A stretch of DNA of 64,000 nt from Candidatus Izemoplasmatales bacterium. GTDB lineage: Bacteria > Bacillota_I > Bacilli_A > Izemoplasmatales > Hujiaoplasmataceae. Of this stretch, positions 27,199 through 36,681 are shown piece after piece. The stretch lies in the NCBI GenBank assembly GCA_046542225.1, contig JBKHBS010000001.1, forward strand, positions 52,259-116,258. Direction: 5' to 3'. Each line of letters begins with the position of its first letter. The first letter of the stretch is position 1. A program made the translations under genes and the position numbers. A model generated the notes under the pieces. The model was not told where the DNA came from. It made no database searches and was given only the letters and a program-made list of their open reading frames with translations.

Positions 27199-27865
27199 TT
27201 CGCTCGCAAATTTTTACGATGCCTTTATTGATGAAGATGTTTATGAGCAATATTTAGATTATATTTCTAAATACACCACGATAGGTTCTGTCTTAGACAT
27301 TGGTTGTGGGACAGGCAATCTATCCATTCAGTTGGCTAGATTAGGTTATGAAGTGGTTGCTACAGATTTAAGTGAAAATATGCTATATATTGTATCACAG
27401 CGGGCTGAAAACGAAGGATTGGATATAGAGGTTGGTGTCTATGATCTTTTAGATCCTATTGATTATGATTTTGATTTGATTGTTGCTTCTATGGATGTCA
27501 TCAATCATCTGTCTGATTTAGAAGATGTTGAATTTGGTTTCATCAATATTTATAACAGTTTAAAAGATAATGGTATATTTATATTTGATATTTTATCCGT
27601 TGAATTTATTGATGCTTTTGATGGCTATGAGGAAATTGATGAAGAATTCAATTTTCATTGGCAAAGCAAAAAGGGCGATAAACCCCATAGCATTGTCCAT
27701 ACCATTAAAATTGAAAACGAAGATAATCCGCAAGAAATACATATCCATGAACAAACCCATGAATATGCTGAATATGAGAAAATTATTAAAAAAGTCGGAT
27801 TTAAGTTAATAGATTCAAAAACACTACCAGAAAGAAAGATATATGTTGTACAAAAATCAAAATAA
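27185..27865 (+). CDS. yqeM: Class I SAM-dependent methyltransferase (YqeM-like)
   Basis: YDSLANFYD, LDIGCGTG, DLSENML, DVINH; synteny. Confidence 0.82.
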   Translation: MMEYDSLANFYDAFIDEDVYEQYLDYISKYTTIGSVLDIGCGTGNLSIQLARLGYEVVATDLSENMLYIVSQRAENEGLDIEVGVYDLLDPIDYDFDLIVASMDVINHLSDLEDVEFGFINIYNSLKDNGIFIFDILSVEFIDAFDGYEEIDEEFNFHWQSKKGDKPHSIVHTIKIENEDNPQEIHIHEQTHEYAEYEKIIKKVGFKLIDSKTLPERKIYVVQKSK

Positions 27866-27893
27866 AGCACTCATTCAATGAGTGTTTTTTTTT
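27864..27893 (+). terminator. Intrinsic terminator separating the yqe operon from comE
   Basis: GCACTCAT-tca-ATGAGTGT followed by a T run. Confidence 0.85.
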
Positions 27894-27939
27894 AAAGAGA
27901 TTTCACTTCTAAAACGTATTATTTAATTGAGGTGATAAA

Positions 27940-29667
27940 ATGAATTGGATAAAAAATAATATCGGTGTGGTTTTAATTCTAGTAGGAATTATTGGCTTTA
28001 TCCTTGTAAATGGTTTGGTTAAACATACACAGACCGATGGCATAGAACAAGCGACTTCTATAGAAGAAGATCATACACAAGACAAGCTATTTGTTGAAAT
28101 CAAAGGTGAAGTCCACCTTCCAGGCATCTATGAATGTAATCAAGATGAAAGGGTATTGGACATAATCAATCAAGCAGGTGGACTTACCGAATATGCTGAC
28201 GTTGATGGTATTAATCGCTCACAAAAACTAGAGGATGAAATGATCATTGTCATTCCTAGAAAAACTTCAAATATAAATGATAATCCTATGATTGAACGTT
28301 TTATTAATGTAGAAGTGAAAGGTGAGGTGATGGAACCGGGTGTTTATAAACTCAAAGAAAATGCAATCATTAATGATTTGATTGAGGAGGCTGGTGGATT
28401 GACCATAAATGCAAATACCTTAACATTAAATTTAGCAGAGAAAATTAATGAGGGAGATTCAATACTTGTTGATGGTTTGGGGGATTTAAATATTTATGTT
28501 CAAATAAAGGGACAAGTGAAATATCCAGGCGTTTATGACATGCAAGAAGGTGACCTAGTCATTGATGCAATTAACGAAGCTGGTGGTTTGTTAGAAAATG
28601 CAGATACTGATGAGATTAATTTGGTAGAAGTATTGAATAATAATCAAGTCATAAATATTCAATCTAAAGAAAATCAAAATAGCCGTTTTGCTGTTGATAT
28701 AAAGGGTGCGGTTAAAAATCCAGGTGTTTATTATTTTAATATGGGTGATCGAATTTTAGACATTATAAACCTGGCAGGAGGTTTTAATGAAGATGCTGAT
28801 TATGAGACCATCAATCTTTCAGAGTTTGTTCAAGATGAGCAATTAATCACCATACCATCAACAAAAACCCAAACCCTTATGGCAGTTGATTTAAAGGGAG
28901 AGGTAAAATACCCAGGCGTCTATTATTTAAAAGAAGGTTCAAGAGTCATGGACTTGATTAGGTTGGCTGGTGGGTTTCGACCGGATGCGGATACAAATAA
29001 TTTGAACTTATCACAAATATTGTATGATGAAGACTTAATTTTTGTTGAAAAAGTCATCAATACCCAAGACAATATTTTTGTTGAAATTAAAGGTGAAGTA
29101 TACTTTCCAGGTATCTACACCATGCGACCGGGAGATAGACTTTTGATGCTGGTGAATAGAGCTGGCGGCTTTACTGGTCATGCGGACCAAGACGAGGTAA
29201 ATCTAACTAGAACTATAAATGATGAAGACATTATAATCATCCCAAGTATCAATGATGAGAAAATTTATATCAATATTACTGGGGAAGTCTTTAATCCTGG
29301 AACCTATTATGTGAACAAAGATATTGACTTACTTGATTTAATTCATAAGGCTGGTGGTTTAACAGTCAATGCAGATTTAGAAAACATTGATTTTTATCAA
29401 GTGATATCTGACGCTTCAACAATCCATATTCCGAGAATCAATGATCAGACACCACAACTACCCAATGAGCCTCTTGATTTGGTTAATATCAATACAGCCA
29501 ATGTGGAAACTTTGCAGACACTATCTGGTATAGGTATTATTTTGGCTGAAAGAATTATTGAGTATAGAGAAATGAATGATGGTTTTAAAAGCAAAGAAGA
29601 AATTATGCAAGTATCAGGCATAAAAGATTACATCTATGAAAAAATTAAAGACGATATTACTGTTTAA
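27940..29667 (+). CDS. comEA: ComEA DNA-uptake receptor with seven tandem SLBB domains and a C-terminal HhH domain
   Basis: N-terminal TM; seven copies of V(E/D/Q)xKGxVxxPG(V/I)Y...AGG...(I/L)NL; C-terminal VNINTA..LQTLSGIG..LAERIIEYRE..GFKSKEEIMQVSGI; directly upstream of comEC-holA. Confidence 0.92.
   Translation: MNWIKNNIGVVLILVGIIGFILVNGLVKHTQTDGIEQATSIEEDHTQDKLFVEIKGEVHLPGIYECNQDERVLDIINQAGGLTEYADVDGINRSQKLEDEMIIVIPRKTSNINDNPMIERFINVEVKGEVMEPGVYKLKENAIINDLIEEAGGLTINANTLTLNLAEKINEGDSILVDGLGDLNIYVQIKGQVKYPGVYDMQEGDLVIDAINEAGGLLENADTDEINLVEVLNNNQVINIQSKENQNSRFAVDIKGAVKNPGVYYFNMGDRILDIINLAGGFNEDADYETINLSEFVQDEQLITIPSTKTQTLMAVDLKGEVKYPGVYYLKEGSRVMDLIRLAGGFRPDADTNNLNLSQILYDEDLIFVEKVINTQDNIFVEIKGEVYFPGIYTMRPGDRLLMLVNRAGGFTGHADQDEVNLTRTINDEDIIIIPSINDEKIYINITGEVFNPGTYYVNKDIDLLDLIHKAGGLTVNADLENIDFYQVISDASTIHIPRINDQTPQLPNEPLDLVNINTANVETLQTLSGIGIILAERIIEYREMNDGFKSKEEIMQVSGIKDYIYEKIKDDITV
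28087..29433 (+). repeat. Seven divergent intragenic repeats of about 190-200 bp encoding SLBB domains
   Basis: Recurring AAAGGTGA(A/G)GT...CCAGG(C/T)...GC(T/A)GG(T/C)GG blocks about every 190-200 nt. Confidence 0.9.
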
Positions 29668-31771
29668 TGGATCAAAGTATGCCCACAGTGCTTTTGTCAT
29701 AACTTTATTTTTACTTGCAAGCAAACACCATTACTTAATCATTCTTTGTTTTATTTATTGGGTTTATATTTATAAAAAATCAAAATCACTCAGTCTCTTA
29801 ACCCTTATTTTTATGGTGGTTATTGGTATCAGGTATTATCAAGTCCAACATATTAAACCGAAGGCTTTACCCATTCAAGCTGAAGTAATAGAAGTTTATC
29901 AAGATTATTTCATTGTTAAATCAAGATACAAGTATATTGTTTATGACGAAAATGCTTTAACTTATAAACCTGGAATGATTGTCTATATAGAAGGGATTTA
30001 TCTTGATCATGATTCAAAGCATATTGAACATAACTTTAATGACTATGAATATCTAAAAACTAAGTCTATCATTGGACGGATTCTTCCTAGTGACATAGTC
30101 CATATCAAAGATAAATGGAGTGTATATGTCATACCATATCAAATAAAAAAATATTTTAACCAACATTATCCTAAGGATGCATCCACTTATATGAAGTTGT
30201 TTATATTGGGCGATAAAGAAAATTTGGATGACGAGGTTGGAAACCAATCCGCTTATTTGGGTATATCACACCTTTTTGCAATATCAGGGATGCATTTAGG
30301 TTTTATTGTATATTTTTTCAATAAATTCTTACATTTGTTCTACTTTAAAAAACAAACTTATCATTACATATTATCTGTTTTTCTAATGTTGTATAATATA
30401 ATCACTGGTTTTTCTATATCAATTGTGAGGGCATCAATATTTTTATGGATTCTCTTATTATCAAAGGAAAAAAAATATCGATTGAATGCCAGTGATTATT
30501 TATCTATTATTTTTATTGGTTTTCTTCTTTATAATCCCTATTACCTCTTTGCTTTAGGCTTTCAGTTATCATTTTTAATGGCATTTATCTTAATATTTTA
30601 TAGGCCTTTATACAATCATCAAAAGGGTATCAAGAAAATTTTGACCATCTCAATGATTGCTTTCTTATTCAGTCTACCAATTGTTTTAAATTTAGATAAA
30701 ACCCTTGGTCTGTTTAATGGTTTTATCAATCCTATTTTTATTATTTATGTTAGTTTTATCTTATTGCCAGGTGCCTTTTTACTGATTTTTTTTCCTATGC
30801 TTAGCCATTATTATTTATATACTATTCGTGCTTTTGAAAAATTAATGACTCACGCAATGAATTTGAATGTATTTTTACATTTTAATTTCTCCAATAGTGT
30901 TTCAAAACTCTTATACTGGCTTTTATTATCAATAAGCTTGGTCTTTTATCACCAATATAAAAAAAAGATTATATATCTATGGTGTGCATTTATTCTTTTG
31001 TCTTATCTAAGCATTACGAAGTTTTATCCGTCAAAAGTTGTTATTTTTGATGTGAACCAAGCCGATGCCAGTTATATACAGACAAGGGATTGTAGAATAT
31101 TGATTGATACTGGAAATGCAGATGATTATGATAGTCTCATTCATTATTTTAGGGGTGAAAATATTTATGCCTTAGATGCAATTATTTTAACCCACCATCA
31201 CCAAGATCATTATGGAGAAATTACAGACATTATTTCTGAGATAAAAGTTGAAAATGTTTATGTGTCTAAAAAATATGAGGACATTGATGATTCTATTCAA
31301 AAAGTTCTTACTAAGGGGGATGTCATTCAATGTGGGCAAACACCGATTTATGTGTTAAACGGTGATCAAGGTCATGCCAATGAAAATAATAATTCACTGG
31401 TCTTGTATACTTTAGTTGGTGGAGAAAGTTGGCTATTTACCGGTGATATTGAATCAGAAATAGAAAATAATCTCATCCGGGATTATAATTTTAAAATTGA
31501 TCATTTAAAGGTCGCTCATCATGGGTCTTCGACTTCTTCTATAAAGGCATTTATCGAACACTTTGAACCCAAACATGCTTATGTCTCTGTTGGTAAAAAT
31601 AGTTATGGTTTACCATCTAAGGAAGTGTTGGTTAATTTGTCTGAAGAAGTAAAAAGATTATACATCACAAAAAATCAAGGTAGTATTGTCAATGTATATG
31701 GAAGATTTTATCAATACAGGTATTTTTTCTTGAACGGTAGAAAAGAATATGAAATCGATTTGAATATATAA
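29636..31771 (+). CDS. comEC: DNA internalisation channel ComEC/Rec2
   Basis: SHLFAISGMH competence motif, GFQLSF, metallo-beta-lactamase domain (DTG, THHHQDH, FTGD, KVAHHGS). Confidence 0.93.
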   Translation: MKKLKTILLFNGSKYAHSAFVITLFLLASKHHYLIILCFIYWVYIYKKSKSLSLLTLIFMVVIGIRYYQVQHIKPKALPIQAEVIEVYQDYFIVKSRYKYIVYDENALTYKPGMIVYIEGIYLDHDSKHIEHNFNDYEYLKTKSIIGRILPSDIVHIKDKWSVYVIPYQIKKYFNQHYPKDASTYMKLFILGDKENLDDEVGNQSAYLGISHLFAISGMHLGFIVYFFNKFLHLFYFKKQTYHYILSVFLMLYNIITGFSISIVRASIFLWILLLSKEKKYRLNASDYLSIIFIGFLLYNPYYLFALGFQLSFLMAFILIFYRPLYNHQKGIKKILTISMIAFLFSLPIVLNLDKTLGLFNGFINPIFIIYVSFILLPGAFLLIFFPMLSHYYLYTIRAFEKLMTHAMNLNVFLHFNFSNSVSKLLYWLLLSISLVFYHQYKKKIIYLWCAFILLSYLSITKFYPSKVVIFDVNQADASYIQTRDCRILIDTGNADDYDSLIHYFRGENIYALDAIILTHHHQDHYGEITDIISEIKVENVYVSKKYEDIDDSIQKVLTKGDVIQCGQTPIYVLNGDQGHANENNNSLVLYTLVGGESWLFTGDIESEIENNLIRDYNFKIDHLKVAHHGSSTSSIKAFIEHFEPKHAYVSVGKNSYGLPSKEVLVNLSEEVKRLYITKNQGSIVNVYGRFYQYRYFFLNGRKEYEIDLNI

Positions 31772-31821
31772 AATCACTATCTTTTATGATATAATATTCA
31801 TTGTAAAAAAGAGAGGTTTTT

Positions 31822-32781
31822 ATGAACAAGCATTGTTATTTATTATATGGTGATAATCATTTTTCCATTAAAGAAAAAACGAATCGCATCTTTGAACAAT
31901 TTGATGTTCCTGAAGATGCGATTGAAGTATATGATTTTGAAGAAACCGGTTTGCATATAGCCTTATCAAATGCCTTAACTTTACCATTTTTGGTGGATAA
32001 GAAAGGTGTTGTAATCCGTAATTCTAGTTTTTTAACAAAAAAAGGAAAAGCAACCGATGATGAGATCGAGGACTTAATTCGTTTTTGTACCATGAATGTG
32101 CCTGAAACCATCATGGTGATACAAGCGCCTTATGATAAATTAGATGGTCAGAAGAAAATTGTTAAGTTTTTAAAAAAACATATCCTTACAGAGGTCTATA
32201 ACCAAGATAAAAAATTTAATGTCTATGATTTCGTTAAAGAAAAACTCCGTGAAAGCGAAATTAAAATAGAGCCCTTTGCTTTAACGCAATTCGTCAATAG
32301 AATCAACCATGATTTAGATAGTGTTAACAACGAAGTTTCTAAATTAATTTCCTATAGCAAGGGAAGAGAAATCATTAATACAGAGATGGTCATGCAAATC
32401 ACAAGTAAGGATATTGATGAGAACATTTTTAATTTAGTCAATGCTTTAATTGACAAGAATAAGGTTAAATTAATGGATATTTATAAAGACCTTAAGGAGA
32501 TAAACACCAGTGAAATTTGGATGCTAGCGACCCTATCTAATAAATTTATGGAAATGTTACATACCAAATCACTATTAAACTTAGGCTATTCACAAAGCGA
32601 TATTATGTCCTATTTTAGAGTTTCAAGTGGGCGTGCTTATTATATGAAAAAAAATGCCGAAGAAATTAGTTACAGTCAATTAGAAAAGCATATCACTGAT
32701 TTGGCCGATTTAGACTATAGAATCAAAAGTGGTAAAATTGATAAAGCCAATGGCTTAGAACTCTTCCTATTAAAAGCATAA
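31822..32781 (+). CDS. holA: DNA polymerase III delta subunit
   Basis: YLLYG, ALTLPF, NEVSKL, ENIFNLV, DYRIKSG..LELFLL; position between comEC and rpsT. Confidence 0.92.
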   Translation: MNKHCYLLYGDNHFSIKEKTNRIFEQFDVPEDAIEVYDFEETGLHIALSNALTLPFLVDKKGVVIRNSSFLTKKGKATDDEIEDLIRFCTMNVPETIMVIQAPYDKLDGQKKIVKFLKKHILTEVYNQDKKFNVYDFVKEKLRESEIKIEPFALTQFVNRINHDLDSVNNEVSKLISYSKGREIINTEMVMQITSKDIDENIFNLVNALIDKNKVKLMDIYKDLKEINTSEIWMLATLSNKFMEMLHTKSLLNLGYSQSDIMSYFRVSSGRAYYMKKNAEEISYSQLEKHITDLADLDYRIKSGKIDKANGLELFLLKA

Positions 32782-32804
32782 AAGACACTGAAAAGTGTCT
32801 TTTT
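32781..32804 (+). terminator. Intrinsic terminator after holA
   Basis: AAAGACACT-gaaa-AGTGTCTTTTT. Confidence 0.8.
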
Positions 32805-32865
32805 CTATATAAATAAAAACGTTCGCAATACGAACGCTATTCATTATTTATTTTATCTCAATTGC

Positions 32866-33126
32866 TTAAAGTGTGTTTACTTTTTTAGATAAACGAGCTT
32901 TTTGTCTGCTGGCATAATTCTTGTGATGGATACCTTTAGCAACACTTTTATCGATTTTTTTGAATGCGTAATTTAAATAGTCAACTGCATTGTCTTTTTC
33001 ACCATTTTTTACAGCGTTTTCAACTTTTTTAATTGCTGTTTTTAAAGAAGATTTAAAAGATGCATTTGCAAGACGTCTTTTTTGATTTTGAATATTACGT
33101 TTCTTTTGTTGTTTGTTATTAGCCAT
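32866..33126 (-). CDS. rpsT: 30S ribosomal protein S20
   Basis: MANNKQQKKR, KSSLKTAIKK, KGIHHKNYASRQKARL. Confidence 0.97.
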   Translation of the reverse strand: MANNKQQKKRNIQNQKRRLANASFKSSLKTAIKKVENAVKNGEKDNAVDYLNYAFKKIDKSVAKGIHHKNYASRQKARLSKKVNTL

Positions 33127-33295
33127 GATTTCACCTCCATACGTATAGCGTTATTATTTTATCAAATAAACTCGAAAAAAGCAACAATTAAAAGTTGAAA
33201 AGGACAATTAAATCTTTTAATATTATCTAGGTCTTGGTTTAATCAAAAAAAAACGATATAATATAGACAATAAAGTATAAGGAGACTGCAACTTT

Positions 33296-35203
33296 ATGGA
33301 GCTAAAGACCAAAGATATTACTAAACTTAAGTTCAATAACCAACGTTTTTCCTTAACAAATGGAAACTTATTTTTACTTGGAATATTAGAAGAAGATGCT
33401 CTAAAAGATGAACCTGTTTTTATGGCTCATGATGAAAGTGTTGACAAGGTGCTATTTAATCCATTATTTACATTGATTAAGGCAAATGACCAATTATTAA
33501 GCCCAAAGTTTCATACACCGATTTCACATTTACAAACTTATCAACTTGAAGAAGACATTCTTTATCGGTCTTCGGTTTATTTAATTGATGGTGTTAAAAT
33601 CACTATTGAAAGTGAGCGTTTTATAGACAGAGATGACGCTCTTATTTACATGCAATATAGGTTTAAAACCAATAAGCCAATAAACCTTGATTTTTATCAT
33701 GGCTTTGATGACACGAAACTTCATGCGAATCACGGCGTCAAATCCATAAAATCTAAGTTGCATGAAATTACATTAAAAACCAGTGACGATGAATATTTGG
33801 TTTTACAATATCATAAAAATTTTAGGCATATCAATCGAAATGAACCAAATCAAGCAACCGAGCATTACATGATTGAAAGTCAACCAAATAGGACCTATAC
33901 CATAAGCAAAATGATTGGCTATGGGCCCCGTGTTAGACGCTTAAAAAAATTATTAAAATACAAGATGAATCAAAGTTATAAAAAAGTTAGAAATAAACAT
34001 ATTAATTTTAAAAAATACCAGATGAAAACACTAAACCGTATGACAGTTGTCAATAATAAGAAAATTGATAATCTAATGAAATACGTTTATCGCCAACATT
34101 TAAATCGTTTTCCAAGGTCATTATCTTTGAATCAAACCGGCTTAGAAAATTTTACACAAATATATTTTTATTTGTTGAATCATCCTGAGATGGCAAAGAA
34201 CGTCTTACTAAATCAAATTAATAACCTTAAAGAATATATAAAAAACGCAAAAATTTTGGGTTTTCAAGGTGCCCTTCTTGTAGATGACCTCAATGATTTT
34301 TTGGAAGGAAACCGAAAAATCTACGAAGGTGCTTTATTGATTTATCTGATTGATTTATACCAAGAGATGACTGGTGATAAGTCATTAATTGAAGAAGGTG
34401 GATTAGAAATAAGCATTGAGATAACAAAGTTCTACTTGGATTATGGTGTGTATAATTCTAATAAAAAACATATTGATTTTAATAATGTTTCAAACTTGAA
34501 TCAATCTTTAAATCACATCAACAACCATACACTTACAAACTATCTGATACGTCACGGTGTGAAGTTAACAAAGGACTGGATAAAGTCAAATAAGAAATCC
34601 AAGATTATAAAAAGCTATAGTGAAACAGATTTAAATGATTTTAGTAAAGCAATAAGTAATCTTTACCGGAAAATCTTTATATTAAAGCCAGCAAATAAGA
34701 ATTTGATTTACCCCTATCAAAACTTTTTACTTGATCAGGAAAAAGATCGTTTAGAAAAAAGTGATGATTCTTTAACAGTGTTTTTTGACCAATTATATTT
34801 ATTCATCTTATTCAATCAAGATTTTTCTTCTAAGGTCATCAGTGATAATATTAATTATTTCTCGGAATATGCAGATCAATCAAAAATAAATCAAATACTT
34901 TTAAATTTGGTGTCAAATGATATAATAAAAGATAAGGATTATACATATTTTATGAATCATCTTTCTATAAATAAAGAATCATTGCTCATCAATAAGCACG
35001 GTATAGATTATGGAATGATAGGTTTTGTTTACTTATTCATGACCTATAGGTTAAGTGGCTTAAGGTACAATCACCATAATTTTACTGTCGATTCTTTATT
35101 ACCAAAAGAAATTAGAAGATTAGAGTATGATATTAAGTACCTACAATATATAGGCGCAATTAAAATCAAAAGAAATAGCGCAAGATTAGAGTGGAATCAA
35201 TAG
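33296..35203 (+). CDS. Glycoside hydrolase family 65 (disaccharide phosphorylase)-like protein, probably catalytically inactive
   Basis: FSLTNG..LLGILEE, HPEMAKNVL..NAKILGFQGAL, YQEMTGD..GLEI.IEITKF and NNHTLTN match the GH65 scaffold; the GPDE, WD, KQAD and HxSSLS equivalents are altered. Confidence 0.7.
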   Translation: MELKTKDITKLKFNNQRFSLTNGNLFLLGILEEDALKDEPVFMAHDESVDKVLFNPLFTLIKANDQLLSPKFHTPISHLQTYQLEEDILYRSSVYLIDGVKITIESERFIDRDDALIYMQYRFKTNKPINLDFYHGFDDTKLHANHGVKSIKSKLHEITLKTSDDEYLVLQYHKNFRHINRNEPNQATEHYMIESQPNRTYTISKMIGYGPRVRRLKKLLKYKMNQSYKKVRNKHINFKKYQMKTLNRMTVVNNKKIDNLMKYVYRQHLNRFPRSLSLNQTGLENFTQIYFYLLNHPEMAKNVLLNQINNLKEYIKNAKILGFQGALLVDDLNDFLEGNRKIYEGALLIYLIDLYQEMTGDKSLIEEGGLEISIEITKFYLDYGVYNSNKKHIDFNNVSNLNQSLNHINNHTLTNYLIRHGVKLTKDWIKSNKKSKIIKSYSETDLNDFSKAISNLYRKIFILKPANKNLIYPYQNFLLDQEKDRLEKSDDSLTVFFDQLYLFILFNQDFSSKVISDNINYFSEYADQSKINQILLNLVSNDIIKDKDYTYFMNHLSINKESLLINKHGIDYGMIGFVYLFMTYRLSGLRYNHHNFTVDSLLPKEIRRLEYDIKYLQYIGAIKIKRNSARLEWNQ

Positions 35204-35211
35204 AGGAGGAA

Positions 35212-36636
35212 ATGATGAAAAGAAAAACAAAAATAGTTTGTACCATTGGACCAGCCATAGACACACCAGAAATGATCGAAAAAATGATACAGGCTGGCAT
35301 GAATGTTGGTCGATTGAATTTTTCACACGGGGATCATGAAGAACATAAGAATAGAGTTGAAATGATTCGGTCTATTTCTAAAAAATTAAACCGTTATATC
35401 GGTATTATGGCAGATACAAAAGGCCCGGAAATTAGAACTGGTGATTTTAAAGACGGTGGTCAAGAATTTACCAAGGGTGATACTGTAAAAGTCGTAAGAA
35501 AGCCAGTTATAGGGACGAAAGAATCTTTTTATATCACAGCTGATGAATTGTTTGATGATGTCAATGTCGGAGACTTCCTATTGATTGATGATGGAAAAAT
35601 GCGTTTAGATATCCAAAAAGTAGAGAAAGATTCCTTGGAATGCATTGTTTGGAACTCAGGTGTCATTAAAAGTAAAAAAGGCGTTAATGTGCCCAATGCG
35701 AAATTAACCATGCCATTTATCTCAGATAAAGATGATGCAGATATTCGTTTTGCTGTTGAGCAAAAAGTAGATATGATTGCCTTATCCTTTGTTAGAAGAA
35801 AGAGCGATATTTTAGCTGTTAAAGATATTTTGAAAGAAGTCGGCGGTGAAAATATTGAGATTATTGCTAAGATAGAAAATCAAGAGGGTGTTGATAACCT
35901 AGATGAAATCCTAGAGGTAACCGATGGAATTATGGTTGCAAGAGGCGATTTAGGTGTTGAGGTGTCCACTCAATTGGTACCAATTTATCAAAAGAAAATT
36001 ATTGCTAAAGCCAATGAAGTTGGTAAGCCAGTGATCACAGCGACTCATATGTTAGAGTCGATGATGAAATCACCAAGGCCTACAAGAGCCGAAGCCAATG
36101 ATGTTGCCAATGCAATATTGGATGGGTCTGATGCAATCATGCTATCAGGAGAAACGGCTGCTGGTGAATACCCAATTGAATCGGTATTGACCATGGACAC
36201 CATTGCTAAAGCTATTGAAGAAACAATAGATTATGAGGTTAAACTTTCAAAAGCCATTAAGTCTTCTCATCAAACAACCAATGATGCGATTGGAATTGCT
36301 GTTAGTCAAACGGTCCTTGCCTTACCGCATGCAGAAGTCATCATCGCTTTCACAGAAACCGGTGGTACTGCTAAAAGGATGGCAAAATTCAGACCTGCTG
36401 TTCCAATCATTGCCATTACTGATAATCTTGAAACATGTCAAAAATTATCATATTATTGTGGCGTTTTCGCTTCACTTGGAGAGAATGTGACAGATTTGGA
36501 ATTGCATGATAAAGTTGCTACCAAAGTTGCAAAGGATTTTGGTTTTGAAGTTGGCGATACTTTAGTCATCACTTCTGGTTGGGGACAAAAACATGGTTAT
36601 ACCAATACCATGAGAATTATTGATATCGAAGAATAA
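35212..36636 (+). CDS. pyk: Pyruvate kinase
   Basis: RKTKIVCTIGPA, RLNFSHG, DTKGPEIR, KIENQEG, MVARGDLGVE, MLSGETA; GAGGAGG RBS. Confidence 0.98.
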   Translation: MMKRKTKIVCTIGPAIDTPEMIEKMIQAGMNVGRLNFSHGDHEEHKNRVEMIRSISKKLNRYIGIMADTKGPEIRTGDFKDGGQEFTKGDTVKVVRKPVIGTKESFYITADELFDDVNVGDFLLIDDGKMRLDIQKVEKDSLECIVWNSGVIKSKKGVNVPNAKLTMPFISDKDDADIRFAVEQKVDMIALSFVRRKSDILAVKDILKEVGGENIEIIAKIENQEGVDNLDEILEVTDGIMVARGDLGVEVSTQLVPIYQKKIIAKANEVGKPVITATHMLESMMKSPRPTRAEANDVANAILDGSDAIMLSGETAAGEYPIESVLTMDTIAKAIEETIDYEVKLSKAIKSSHQTTNDAIGIAVSQTVLALPHAEVIIAFTETGGTAKRMAKFRPAVPIIAITDNLETCQKLSYYCGVFASLGENVTDLELHDKVATKVAKDFGFEVGDTLVITSGWGQKHGYTNTMRIIDIEE

Positions 36637-36644
36637 ATCAAAAA

Positions 36645-36681
36645 AAATAAAATGAAGACTTTAGCGGTCTTCATTTTTTTC
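36645..36681. terminator. Bidirectional terminator (pyk / PAP2 gene)
   Basis: AAAATGAAGAC-tttagcg-GTCTTCATTTTTTT. Confidence 0.8.

Noticed and set aside
28087-29433. Polysaccharide export (Wza/KpsD-like) reading of the multi-SLBB protein
   Set aside because: The C-terminal ComEA HhH domain, N-terminal TM anchor and position before comEC-holA identify it as ComEA; no Poly_export domain or capsule genes are visible.
33296-35203. Calling the GH65-like ORF a pseudogene
   Set aside because: It is a 635-codon open frame with promoter and RBS and no stops or frameshifts in AT-rich DNA, so it is kept as a probable pseudoenzyme.
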